From an uncultured Anaerolineales bacterium (GTDB taxonomy: Bacteria > Chloroflexota > Anaerolineae > B4-G1 > DUEL01): a DNA stretch of 41,499 nt. The notes beneath the pieces are model-generated. The model searched no databases and was not told where the DNA came from. It saw only the letters and a list, made by a program, of their open reading frames with translations. Of the stretch, positions 8,315 to 17,298 are shown piece by piece. Each line of letters opens with the position of its first letter. Within the stretch, counting starts at the first letter, position 1. The position numbers were made by a program, and so were the translations under genes. The stretch spans positions 1-41,499 of the forward strand of contig CAZOLN010000003.1 of the NCBI GenBank assembly GCA_964580565.1. Reading direction: 5' to 3'.

Positions 8315-9541
8315 TCACCTCGCCGGGTTGTCGACCAGCGAGCGATCGAGCAGCCACTCGGCGATCCGTTCTCCAGCCAGGTGGTGCCCTTCGACGTTCC
8401 AATGGCCGTCCCGCGGATAGTAGAGCGGCCGACCGGTCTCCTCGGTGCGCTGGCGGAACTCGTCGACCATCTCCAGATACGGGATCCCCTGCTCCTCCAA
8501 GAACGCGCGCATGATCCGGTTGGGCTTGTCCAGGTCCCACTCCCTATCCCGCATCGCAGGATAAGTGCGCAGCGCCCAGGCCAGGTAGTCGCCCTCCACC
8601 AGGTGACGGTCGGGGAGGACCACCACGGCCAACTGGGCACCGTCCGCCTCCACTTCCCGCCTCAACTGGGCGATGATCGCCTTCGTGACCGCCCAGGCCT
8701 CCTCCCACTCAGGGGGATAGTCCTCGGCGTAGAGGTACATCCCCATCGGGATCCCCCCGGCGACCGTCTCCCCCGGGACCGGATCCATCACCCCCACCCG
8801 CTGGAGCCACCCAGCGATCCCCCGCAGCCGCGCCTTGACGTACCGGCCGACCACCGGATAGGCGCGGGAGTTGGCAGCGAGGAACCGCTTGACCCGCTCC
8901 AGGAGGTTCCGCGGCGGTGGCTCCGGCTCGACGCGGAAGGGGAAGTTGACCAGTTCCAGTTCGCCATCCTCGCCGAGCACGAAGAAGGGCTTGTACTCCC
9001 GCCCCATATACCGGGTCTCCATCCCCCGGTGGTTCTCCAGCACGTCGCTGGTCGATTGGAACGCCAGGAGCACCAGGTCGGGCTGGTACCTCCGCCCCTC
9101 CAGCCGGTAGAAGAGCAGTTCCTGGTCGTTCCCGTACCCCCACACCCCACCGTTGATGACCTCAATAGGGCGATCCAGCCGCTCGTTCAGGCGGGCCTCC
9201 AGCACCTCCTGGAAGGAATCCTCCAGCGGGACCTCCAGCGCGTCGGCGAAGGAGTCGCCCAGCACCAGGATGCGGTAGGTGCCCGGCGGCTTCTCGTAGG
9301 GGTATTCTCGGTCCCGCAGCCCCTTTGAGTTGATACGGACATAGGTCTGGAACTCGTCGGGCGCGTCGATATTGACCCACCACCCTTCGGCGCCGGGGAT
9401 GTGGAAGACGCCGAACCGCTCGTCGGGCTGGAAGAGCGGATCGGGCCACCAGTGGAGGGTCCGGGCGGCGACCTCCAGGCCGACCAAGAGGAGCAGCCCG
9501 ACCACCAGCACCACGCCGAGGGCGATGCCGACCTTCCTCAC
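8315..9541 (-). CDS. Membrane-anchored SGNH/GDSL-like hydrolase or O-acetyltransferase (AlgJ/AlgX-like)
   Basis: N-terminal TM GIALGVVLVVGLLLLVGL. Block I ILVLGDSFAD. C-terminal YPRDGHWNVEGH (DxxH block). In-frame GTG at 9541 follows GGGAGAGG and lies 1 nt after the upstream stop. Confidence 0.7.
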   Translation of the reverse strand: MRKVGIALGVVLVVGLLLLVGLEVAARTLHWWPDPLFQPDERFGVFHIPGAEGWWVNIDAPDEFQTYVRINSKGLRDREYPYEKPPGTYRILVLGDSFADALEVPLEDSFQEVLEARLNERLDRPIEVINGGVWGYGNDQELLFYRLEGRRYQPDLVLLAFQSTSDVLENHRGMETRYMGREYKPFFVLGEDGELELVNFPFRVEPEPPPRNLLERVKRFLAANSRAYPVVGRYVKARLRGIAGWLQRVGVMDPVPGETVAGGIPMGMYLYAEDYPPEWEEAWAVTKAIIAQLRREVEADGAQLAVVVLPDRHLVEGDYLAWALRTYPAMRDREWDLDKPNRIMRAFLEEQGIPYLEMVDEFRQRTEETGRPLYYPRDGHWNVEGHHLAGERIAEWLLDRSLVDNPAR

Positions 9542-9542
9542 C

Positions 9543-10172
9543 CTACCTCTCCCACCGCACGACCGTCCCCGCCCTGCGGGCCGGGTTGCCGTAGACCAGC
9601 GAGTTGGGCGGGACATCCCGCCGCACCACCGACCCTGCGCCGATGATGGAATTGTCGCCGATGGTCACGCCCTTCATAATGATCGAGTAGGGGCCGATCC
9701 AGACGTCGTCCCCGATGGTGATCGGGGCCTCGACCTCCGCCTCCCCGGTCCTCTCCAGCCACATCTTGTGACCGATGGAATCGAAGATGCTGCAGTTCCA
9801 ACTGATCATGCACCGAGCGCCGATCTTGACCTCGGTGGCGCACATGATCACGTTGTTGGCCCCGATGATGGTCCGCGGCCCGATGGTCAGATGCCCTCCG
9901 CAGACGATCTTGCTCCCCATCGCCAGCCGGGCCCCCCGGCCGATCTCGATGCGCCCGCCCTTCCACTTCAGGATCTGGACCTTGCGCTCGATGATGAACG
10001 GCTCCCGGGAGTCGAATTTGTAGAAGCGCAGCATCCACCGCAGGACCCCCAGCGCCGCGATCACCTTGTCGCGGGGGGGCATATTGAGCCAGAACTTGCG
10101 CCAGAAGTGCGTGTACGGCAGCACGTCCGGCTCTGCGGGCTGTTCTGCTTCCAGAGTCATCGTTTGATCCAT
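9543..10172 (-). CDS. Hexapeptide-repeat (left-handed beta-helix) acetyltransferase
   Basis: IGRGARLAMGSKIVCGGHLTIGPRTIIGANNVIMC..ITIGDDVWIGPYSIIMKGVTIGDNSIIGAGSVV hexapeptide periodicity. GGGAGG SD lies before ATG 10172. Confidence 0.85.
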   Translation of the reverse strand: MDQTMTLEAEQPAEPDVLPYTHFWRKFWLNMPPRDKVIAALGVLRWMLRFYKFDSREPFIIERKVQILKWKGGRIEIGRGARLAMGSKIVCGGHLTIGPRTIIGANNVIMCATEVKIGARCMISWNCSIFDSIGHKMWLERTGEAEVEAPITIGDDVWIGPYSIIMKGVTIGDNSIIGAGSVVRRDVPPNSLVYGNPARRAGTVVRWER

Positions 10173-10190
10173 AAGAGAGTACCTCCCTAT

Positions 10191-10246
10191 GCGTCACACG
10201 TCATACGTCAGGCGTCATGCGTCATACGTCACGCGTCAGGCGTCAG
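10191..10246 (-). repeat. Heptamer tandem array x8, TGACGYR on the gene strand
   Basis: Plus strand reads gcgtcac acgtcat acgtcag gcgtcat gcgtcat acgtcac gcgtcag gcgtcag. Confidence 0.9.
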
Positions 10247-11426
10247 ATGCTACTGCGCCCAGGTGACGGAGCAGATCCTGCACCGCCCCCTCCCAGTCCC
10301 ACGCCTCGACGACCCACCGACGCCCCGCCTGGCCCATCATCCGGGCGCGTTCTGGACACTCCAGCAGATCGCCGATCGCCTCGGCCAGGGCGCGGGGGTC
10401 GCGAGGGACCCGCAGGCCGGTCCGGCCGTGCAGGACCGTCTCCCGCACGCCCCCCTCGTCCACCCCCACCACCGGCGTCGCGCAGGCCATCGCCTCCAGC
10501 GGCACCAGCCCCAGCGGCTCCCGGTGAGGGGTGTAGGCGACCAGGGCAGCGCGGTTGTAGGCCGCCACCAGTTCCCCGTCCTCCACGCCGACCCGAATCC
10601 CCAGGTCCACTCCCCGATCCGCCGCCAGCCCCTCCAGGTACGCCCGTTCCTGCGGCTCGGCGTAGTTGCAGATGAGGCGCAACGGCGGGCGGACGGCCTC
10701 GGGCAGCCGGGCCAGCCCCTCGACCAGCAGGTCGAACCCCTTGTAGGGGGTCAGCGCGCCCACGGAGAGGACGAAGCCGTCCCGCGCCAGCCCCAGCGGG
10801 CGGAACCGATCTGCGTCGATCCCGTGGCGGCAGACGTGGGCCTCCACCCCGTAGATGCGGCGGACGTTGGCCTGGGTGTAGGCGGAGTTGACCAGCACAC
10901 GGGTCGCAGCACGGGTCGCCTCCCGGTCGATCCGCCGCAGAAGGGTGCGGTAGAACCGCAGCGCCGGATCCAGCCGATCCACCACGCCCCGCAGCGGGGA
11001 ACCGTGGAGATAGGGCCGGGGGACCGACGGCTCGTACAGGCGGCGCAGCGGTTCGTGGCAGTAATAGACCGAAGGGGTGCGCAGGTATCGCAACAGCGGC
11101 GGAGCCTGGCTGAACTGGCAAGGATGGACCAACGCCACGTCGAACCCCTCGGCGTCGATCGCGTGGGCCATCCGCCGGTTGACCCGCACCAGCCGGACCA
11201 GGTCGGCCGCCCGCGCAGCCCGGTTGAGCCGGCCAAAGGGGCGGCGCAGTTCCGGTCCAGGGCGAAACGGGAAGGCCCGAACCGGCACCCCGTCCACCTC
11301 CACCGGCGTCGCTGTGGTGAGGGTGAAGAGGGTGAGGTCGTGCCGGGCGGAGAGCCGCCGCACCTGCTCGGAGAGGGTGCGCAGCGCGCCGCCGGAGTGG
11401 AGGTTGTGATAGACCGCGATCCGCAC
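10236..11426 (-). CDS. Glycosyltransferase family 4
   Basis: RIAVYHNLHSGGA N-terminus. PHREPLGLVPLEAMACATPVVGVDEGGVRETV motif. GTG 11426 lies 6 nt after GGGAGG. The stop falls inside the heptamer array. Confidence 0.8.
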   Translation of the reverse strand: MRIAVYHNLHSGGALRTLSEQVRRLSARHDLTLFTLTTATPVEVDGVPVRAFPFRPGPELRRPFGRLNRAARAADLVRLVRVNRRMAHAIDAEGFDVALVHPCQFSQAPPLLRYLRTPSVYYCHEPLRRLYEPSVPRPYLHGSPLRGVVDRLDPALRFYRTLLRRIDREATRAATRVLVNSAYTQANVRRIYGVEAHVCRHGIDADRFRPLGLARDGFVLSVGALTPYKGFDLLVEGLARLPEAVRPPLRLICNYAEPQERAYLEGLAADRGVDLGIRVGVEDGELVAAYNRAALVAYTPHREPLGLVPLEAMACATPVVGVDEGGVRETVLHGRTGLRVPRDPRALAEAIGDLLECPERARMMGQAGRRWVVEAWDWEGAVQDLLRHLGAVASDA

Positions 11427-11428
11427 CG

Positions 11429-12526
11429 TCACCCTCCCGCCACGTTCTGCCAATGGGGCGCCAGGCTTCTGTCCGGATGGCGCGGAGTGAGCCTGCGCCG
11501 CAAGCCGACCAGCAGCCGCAGGGGGATCCCCTGCCAGCGGGTGGACGCCAGAGCCAGGCGATACTTCCGCCGGGGCGACAACGCCAGGGCCTGGGCCAGC
11601 CACCGTCGCCCCCGCTCCAGGTCCCGATGCCGGGCCACCGTCTCCACGCCCAGCCGGTACAACAACATCGCCCGATCCTCTGGCGGCAACCCCTGGAACC
11701 GGTCCGACGCCACCACCGCCGCCTGGGTCTCCGGGTCGCCATCGAAGAAGATGAGCAGCAACTGGCGGAGGAACTCGCGCCGGGTCCAGAGCGGCAGCGA
11801 GGGAAAGAAATCGGCCTCCAGGACCTTCCGCTTGAACCGCTGCACCGACCGCCAGCGGCGTGCCCAGTGAGGATGGGAGCGGGAGGAGGCGTTCTCCCCG
11901 TGGAGTCGGTACGCACAGACCGGCTCGCTGTGGGCAGCGAAGCGAGCCCCCGCCGCCGCCAACCGCAACCAGAGGTCGGCGTCCTCCGTGCCCCGCAGCC
12001 GTTCGTCGAACCAGGGATCGCCGAGCAGGCCCAGCGCCCGCCGTCGCACCATCGCCGAGTGGGTCGCCACGACCACGTTGTGCAGGACCATCACCGCCAG
12101 CAGCCCTTCCTCCGGAATCGAGGGGCGCTCCTCCGCGATCCGCTGCAGCCGCCGCCCCTCCGCGTCGCAGTAATACCCGTCGCCGTAGACCACATCCACC
12201 TCCGGGTGGCGGTCCAAGAAACCGGCCTGCACCTCCAGCGCCTCGGGGAGAAGCCAGTCGTCCGAGTCCAGGAAGACCAGGTACTCCCCCCGCGAGAGCC
12301 GGACCCCCCGGTTGCGGGCCACCGCCCGGCCCTGGTTCTCCTGGTAAAAGTAGCGGATCCGGTCTCCGTACCGCGCCCGCAACACGTCGCCGGTCCCGTC
12401 GGTGGATCCGTCGTCCACCACCACGATCTCGAAGGAGGGATACGCCTGCGCCAGCACGCTGTCGATGGCCTCACAGACCATCGAGGCCCGGTTGTAGGTG
12501 GGGATGATGACGCTAACCTTAGGCAC
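11429..12526 (-). CDS. Glycosyltransferase family 2 with about 130-aa C-terminal extension
   Basis: PKVSVIIPTYNRASMVCEAIDSVLAQ..VVVDDGSTDGT..LDSDDW motifs. GTG start at 12526 is preceded by GAAGGAG. Confidence 0.85.
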   Translation of the reverse strand: MPKVSVIIPTYNRASMVCEAIDSVLAQAYPSFEIVVVDDGSTDGTGDVLRARYGDRIRYFYQENQGRAVARNRGVRLSRGEYLVFLDSDDWLLPEALEVQAGFLDRHPEVDVVYGDGYYCDAEGRRLQRIAEERPSIPEEGLLAVMVLHNVVVATHSAMVRRRALGLLGDPWFDERLRGTEDADLWLRLAAAGARFAAHSEPVCAYRLHGENASSRSHPHWARRWRSVQRFKRKVLEADFFPSLPLWTRREFLRQLLLIFFDGDPETQAAVVASDRFQGLPPEDRAMLLYRLGVETVARHRDLERGRRWLAQALALSPRRKYRLALASTRWQGIPLRLLVGLRRRLTPRHPDRSLAPHWQNVAGG

Positions 12527-13760
12527 CGACTCGCTCCTTCAGATGGGAATGAAGAACCGACCACATCTCCTCGGCACGGCGCGTCCAGGTGTTCTCCTGG
12601 GCGTAGCGCAGCCGCCGCTCCCGCAGGTCCGGCGGCTCCTGCAGAGCCTCCTCCAACGCGGCGAGGAACCCCTCCGGCCCCTCCCCCACGTGGACCACGT
12701 CGGCGAACCGCTCGACCCCCGCCACCGGCGTGCTGACGATGGGCCTCCCCGTCGCCAGGTAGTCGTACAACTTGATGGGGTCCATGCTTCGAGTGAGGGA
12801 GGTGACGGCGTGGGGAAGGATGCAGACGTCGAAACCCCGGAAATAGGCGGGCAGATCGTGAAAATCTCGCCGCCCCAAAAAGCGAACGTTGGACCGCTGG
12901 GCCAGCGCCGCCACCTGATGGCGGTGGTTGTCCCACACGTTGCCCACAAAGACGAAGGACCAGGTGGGACGGGCATCAGCGAGCGCTTCCAGCAGCCCGT
13001 AGTCGATCTTGTCGGCGATCTGGCCGACGTAGCCGACGACGGGACGGGGGAGGTCCACCAGTTCCGGCGCGACGGGGCCGGGCTCGGCCGCCCTCCCCAC
13101 CACCGTCAGGTCGGTCGCGTTGGGGGCCCGACGGGCGTTACCGTTCACCCGTCGGGCGCGGCGATGGAGGGTCTCCGAGACGGCGAAGACCACATCCGCC
13201 TCCCGGAGCAACCGGTCGTTGAGCCGGACCAACTCCTCCCGGTCCGCCACCGGCAGCACCTCGAAGGCGGCCCAGTCGTCGGTCCAGTCGTAGCAGCAGA
13301 GGACCCGCTCCGGAAATGTGTCCAGCGCCCAGGCCTGGAGGGGGTGGGAGAGCCAGAGGATCACCGGCCCCGGCCCCAGCCGCCGCAGCGCGGCGCGGAT
13401 CCGGCCGACGTAGAGGGCACGGTTGACCCGCTGGAGCGCCTTCCACCGCCGGACCCCCTCCAGGCGGGTGAGGGGCAGGCTTTTCTCGGAGCCGGTAAGG
13501 GTCCACACCCTGCCGTCGACGCGGAGGGGGCGGCCCAGAAGGGCGTCCAGGTGGGCGCGGCGGGTGGGCGGCAGGTGGCCCGGACCGAAGCGACCCCGCG
13601 CCAGGTCCAGGATGCTGGTCGCCACCGGGGGCTCGACGTACAGGACGCCCGCGACCTCGGGCCGCTGTGCGAACTCCCAGGCCAGGCGGGTTTTCCGACG
13701 GCCCAGGTTCCCCCACTCATATCCCGAGAAATACAGAAGGCGATACCGCTTAGGGGACAT
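12519..13760 (-). CDS. GT-B fold glycosyltransferase (GT4/TuaH-like)
   Basis: VVGYVGQIADKIDYGLL..VRFLGRRDFHDLPAYFRGFDVCILPH..IKLYDYLATGRPIVSTPVAG. Start trimmed to ATG 13760 (MSPKRYRLLYFSG), an 11-nt overlap with the upstream stop. Confidence 0.7.
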   Translation of the reverse strand: MSPKRYRLLYFSGYEWGNLGRRKTRLAWEFAQRPEVAGVLYVEPPVATSILDLARGRFGPGHLPPTRRAHLDALLGRPLRVDGRVWTLTGSEKSLPLTRLEGVRRWKALQRVNRALYVGRIRAALRRLGPGPVILWLSHPLQAWALDTFPERVLCCYDWTDDWAAFEVLPVADREELVRLNDRLLREADVVFAVSETLHRRARRVNGNARRAPNATDLTVVGRAAEPGPVAPELVDLPRPVVGYVGQIADKIDYGLLEALADARPTWSFVFVGNVWDNHRHQVAALAQRSNVRFLGRRDFHDLPAYFRGFDVCILPHAVTSLTRSMDPIKLYDYLATGRPIVSTPVAGVERFADVVHVGEGPEGFLAALEEALQEPPDLRERRLRYAQENTWTRRAEEMWSVLHSHLKERVGA

Positions 13761-14748
13761 ACCCGTTCTCTTCCACGTAGATGATCCGACTCCCTTGTGG
13801 CTCGAAGTGGACGGGGACCGGCCGCAGTTCGGGCAGGGCGCGGCAGATCTCCTCGTGCCGCCCCGGAGGGGCGTAGAGCAGGAGGAACCCACCCCCTCCC
13901 GCGCCCAGGATCTTCCCCCCGATGGCCCCCCGAGCGCGCGCCGTCTCGTACCACTGGTCGATGACGGGGTTGGTGACCCCGCTGGCCAGGCTCCGCTTCT
14001 CCAGCCAGTTGGCGTGCAGCACCTCCCCGAAGCCGTCCAGTTCGTTCCGGCTCAACGCCTCCACCATCTGCTCGGCAAGGGCGACCATGCGGCGGAGGCC
14101 GGCCCGCTTCGTCTCGTCCATCACACAGTTGCGGGATTGCTCGGCCAGGATGTCGTCGGCGCGGCGGGTCAGGCCGGTGTAGAGCATCAGGAGCCGCCGC
14201 TGCAACTCCCGCCGGGTCTCCGGCGCGCAGAGGATGGGGACCACCTCGACCTCGCCGTCGGGGTAGAAGCGGATGTACTTCAGCCCTCCATAGGCAGCGA
14301 TGTACTGATCCTGCTTGCCGATAGGCTTGCCACACCGTTCCAGTTCGATCTCGCAGGCCTCCCGCGCCAGCCGCTCCGCCCCCACCATATGCCCTCGGTG
14401 GGCGTACAGGGCGTTCAGAAGACCGACGGTGTAGGTGCTGGAGGACCCCAGGCCCGTCCCCTGGGAGGGGATGTCGGAGATCGACGTGATCTCGATGGCC
14501 CGGTCGATGCCCGTGACCCTGAGGGCCTCCCGGATCAACTCGTGCCTCAGTTCGTCCACGCTGTCCACGATCTCCGTGCGGGAGTAACTGGCGCGGATCT
14601 TGTCGTCGAACTTGCGGTTGACGGTGATGTAGATGTACTTGTTGATCGCCGTGCTGACGACCGCGCCGGGCTCCTGCCGGTAAAAGGCGGGCAGGTCCGA
14701 CCCCCCGCCAACGAAACTGATCCGCAAAGGGGTACGCGAGATGATCAT
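13750..14748 (-). CDS. GHMP-family sugar kinase (HddA / heptose-7-phosphate-kinase-like)
   Basis: MIISRTPLRISFVGGGSDLPAFY and PSQGTGLGSSSTYTVGLL (GHMP motif II), then GGKILGAGGGGFLLLY (motif III). ATGA overlap with the AsnB-like stop. Confidence 0.85.
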   Translation of the reverse strand: MIISRTPLRISFVGGGSDLPAFYRQEPGAVVSTAINKYIYITVNRKFDDKIRASYSRTEIVDSVDELRHELIREALRVTGIDRAIEITSISDIPSQGTGLGSSSTYTVGLLNALYAHRGHMVGAERLAREACEIELERCGKPIGKQDQYIAAYGGLKYIRFYPDGEVEVVPILCAPETRRELQRRLLMLYTGLTRRADDILAEQSRNCVMDETKRAGLRRMVALAEQMVEALSRNELDGFGEVLHANWLEKRSLASGVTNPVIDQWYETARARGAIGGKILGAGGGGFLLLYAPPGRHEEICRALPELRPVPVHFEPQGSRIIYVEENGYVP

Positions 14749-16601
14749 TCTTCCACCCCTCCGTCCTGATCCAGGAAACGTCGACACCACAGTTCAAACG
14801 TAAGGAGCACGCCGAGTTTTCGGGTGTGGTCCGTCCCGGCCACGTGTTCCGCCACGAGGGCGCGGACCGCCTCGGGCTCGAAGAAGCCCCGGCCCAACGC
14901 CCGTTCGCTCAGGAGCACCTCTTCGACCCAGGGACGCAACACCGTTCGGAACCAGTGCCCGTACTCCGCGTAGGGGCGGCGGCGCGGCGGTGGGACGAAG
15001 CGCAGTCCGGCCGATCGGAGCCGCCAGCGGAGTTGCCTTTCCAGTTGGGCCACCGCCCCACGCAGCGAAGGAAGCAACGGCTCTCCGGTCGCAGCCCACG
15101 GGATCTTCGCCAGATCGGGGAAAGCCGCAGCAAGGGCCCGCCGATACAGGTATCCCTCCAGCCGCAGGCCGGGCGGCACGCGGACCATGAAATCCACCAG
15201 GTCGTTATCGTAGAAGGGCGTTCGCACGACCAGCCGGCTGCGCAGCAACCGCTGCCCCTCCAGGATCCAGCGGCGCTCGTTCTGTCGGATGGAGTAGTGT
15301 TCTTTGCGGTGGGCAGACAACACGGCCTGGGATTCCCGCAAGACGCGCCGAAAGGCCGCAAACGGCTCTCCCTGGACCTGCCGGTGCACCTCGGGCGTCA
15401 GCAACTGCGCCTGATCCGCGACCGGAAAAACCGTGTTGTAATGACGGAACAGCATCTGCACTAACTGATCCTCCCGATGGACACCGATCAGCGCGCGAGG
15501 GAGATACCGCCCCATCAAGGTGTCCCCCAGGGAACCGGTGTAGACCACACGCGTCAGGCGAGCTGCCTCGGGCACAGCCGCAAGGATGTGCATATGGACC
15601 ACGCTGTTCAGGCCGTCGCCCAACCACACCCCTTCCTTCATCATCCGAGGCAGATCCTCCGGCCGCAGGGGGATAAAATGGTGGCGGGCTCCCGCCCTCT
15701 TCGCCACCTCCCGCGCCAGCCGCGCGTCGTCGCAGCCGGGGACGCCGAAGGTGAAGGTATGCACCTCCCCCTGCGCCCCGTCCATCGCCGCCAGCACCGC
15801 GCGTGAATCGAGCCCGCCGCTGAGCAGCACCCCCTCCGGCCCATCCCCCCGTCGGCACCGCCGGACCGCCTGCCGGAGGTGGTGAACCAGCCCCTCGATG
15901 TACCATTCCTCGGGATGGTCCTCGTACTCTTCGACGAACCGAAACTCCCAGTATGGGCGGATCGCGAGCGTGCCCGCCTCGAACGTCAGCACCGAAGCGG
16001 GGGGCAACAACCGAACGTCCTCAAAAAGGGTCCGATCCGCCAGCAGATGCTCGAACGTGAGGAACTCCGCCAGCCCGACCAGGTCCACGCGGGGCGCGTA
16101 GGCCGGGTCGGCCAGGATGGCCCGCGCGCCGCTGGCGATGAGCAGCCGACCGTCGACCTGAGCGTAGAAGAGGGGCTGGAGTCCCCACCGGTCGTTGACC
16201 ACGACCAGCCGGCCTTCCCCCGGCGACCAGATGGCTGCCACGAAGGGGCCGTTGAGCCGCAGCGCGAAGTCCTCGCCGTGCTCCTCGTACAGGTGGAGCA
16301 GGTACTCGGCGTCGCTCTCGGCGCGGAAACGATGGCCCTTTTCGATCAGACGACGCTTCTCGTCGGCGTAGTCGTACACCTCCCCTTCCATTAGAATGCA
16401 GAGGGAGCGGTCCTCGTTCCAGATCGGTTGGGGCTCCCGGTCGACGGCGCCCAGGGCGAGCCGCCCCAACCCGACCCCCGAACCGAGGTACAGGTCGGTC
16501 TGCTCCTCCTCCCGCACAGCCAACCGGCGCGCCATCTCCCGCAGCCGATCATCCGCCTCCGCGGGCGGGAGGTCGCCGACGAATCCGATCAACCCTGGCA
16601 C
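14745..16601 (-). CDS. Asparagine-synthetase-family amidoligase with degenerate glutaminase domain
   Basis: Intact PP-loop VLLSGGLDSRAV. N-terminus reads (M)PGLIGFVG instead of MCG, and MEGEVYD replaces NGEIYN. Start is GTG 16601 (6-7 nt after AGGGGGG) or TTG 16607. Confidence 0.85.
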   Translation of the reverse strand: MPGLIGFVGDLPPAEADDRLREMARRLAVREEEQTDLYLGSGVGLGRLALGAVDREPQPIWNEDRSLCILMEGEVYDYADEKRRLIEKGHRFRAESDAEYLLHLYEEHGEDFALRLNGPFVAAIWSPGEGRLVVVNDRWGLQPLFYAQVDGRLLIASGARAILADPAYAPRVDLVGLAEFLTFEHLLADRTLFEDVRLLPPASVLTFEAGTLAIRPYWEFRFVEEYEDHPEEWYIEGLVHHLRQAVRRCRRGDGPEGVLLSGGLDSRAVLAAMDGAQGEVHTFTFGVPGCDDARLAREVAKRAGARHHFIPLRPEDLPRMMKEGVWLGDGLNSVVHMHILAAVPEAARLTRVVYTGSLGDTLMGRYLPRALIGVHREDQLVQMLFRHYNTVFPVADQAQLLTPEVHRQVQGEPFAAFRRVLRESQAVLSAHRKEHYSIRQNERRWILEGQRLLRSRLVVRTPFYDNDLVDFMVRVPPGLRLEGYLYRRALAAAFPDLAKIPWAATGEPLLPSLRGAVAQLERQLRWRLRSAGLRFVPPPRRRPYAEYGHWFRTVLRPWVEEVLLSERALGRGFFEPEAVRALVAEHVAGTDHTRKLGVLLTFELWCRRFLDQDGGVEE

Positions 16602-16614
16602 GACCAACCCCCCT

Positions 16615-17298
16615 CTACCATATGGTCCCTTGGATCTCAGGGGGCACGAGCCGCCGCTTGCGCACGAACAGGCTGTTCCGCAGGCAGCCCAACCCCTCCC
16701 CCGTAACCCGGTAGAAGTACCGGCGGACGCCCAGGAGCTCCACGTAACCGATGTGCCCCTGCGGCTGGAACCCCATCCTGCTGTGCGCCTGCAGGGCGGG
16801 TCGGTTGCGGGGATAGACGAACACGACGAGCCGCCGATACCCCTGCCCCCTCAGCTCCCTCGCGATCCGGGAGAGGGCCGCCGAGTAGAGCCGCTTCCCC
16901 CGGTACTCGGGGACGGTATAGGCCTCGTAGACGTACCCCTCCTCCGGGGCGAGGGGAAAAGCCATATCCAGGTAGCCGCTGAACGCCTTCCCAAAGGCCA
17001 CGCCGTTGCCCTGCACGATCCTGCCCCCCACCTTGGTCACGTAGAAGCGGTGGCCCGCGTCCAGGCGGAGCCGGATCAGCTCCTCCTTCAGGAAGGGACG
17101 TAGCTCCTCGAAGGTGGCGGGGACCTCCGGCTCGACCCGCTCCAGCTCGCCGGTGAGGGGGAGCGTCATCACCACCAGCCGCCGGATCAGCGGCCGCGCC
17201 ACCAGGCGAACGCCGATCTCTCGCCCCACAGTCCTCACTCCTCTCAGCCGGCGACCGCGGGTCCGGCCATCGGTCAAAGCCTCCTGGCGTATCTTCAT
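16615..17298 (-). CDS. GNAT-family acyl/acetyltransferase
   Basis: C-terminal half VYEAYTVPEYRGKRLYSAALSRIARELRGQGYRRLVVFVYPRNRPALQAHSRMGF is GNAT motif A/B-like. ATG 17298 forms an ATGA overlap with the upstream stop. The 592-aa track ORF is an out-of-register 5' extension. Confidence 0.65.
   Translation of the reverse strand: MKIRQEALTDGRTRGRRLRGVRTVGREIGVRLVARPLIRRLVVMTLPLTGELERVEPEVPATFEELRPFLKEELIRLRLDAGHRFYVTKVGGRIVQGNGVAFGKAFSGYLDMAFPLAPEEGYVYEAYTVPEYRGKRLYSAALSRIARELRGQGYRRLVVFVYPRNRPALQAHSRMGFQPQGHIGYVELLGVRRYFYRVTGEGLGCLRNSLFVRKRRLVPPEIQGTIW

Noticed and set aside
3801-8420. Two very long plus-strand ORFs (3801-6122, 773 aa; 6141-8420, 759 aa) antisense to the giant gene
   Set aside because: Their translations are Arg/Pro/Gly/His-rich low-complexity with no domain signatures. 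They mirror a minus-strand gene that has clear repeat and domain structure. Such shadow ORFs are expected in GC-rich DNA.
10191-10246. CRISPR array as an explanation for the short tandem repeats (also 27871-27947, 30508-30549, 36614-36655)
   Set aside because: The units are 7-8 nt and directly abutting, with no spacers. No cas genes are present. The structure is microsatellite-like, not CRISPR.
9372-11870. 832-aa plus-strand ORF, and similar ones (12498-13784, 13423-14769, 18560-20260, 20200-21477, 22426-24177, 26626-28047, 30208-31800)
   Set aside because: All are antisense to minus-strand genes with strong family motifs. Their composition is typical of out-of-frame GC-rich translation, and none has SD/start support.
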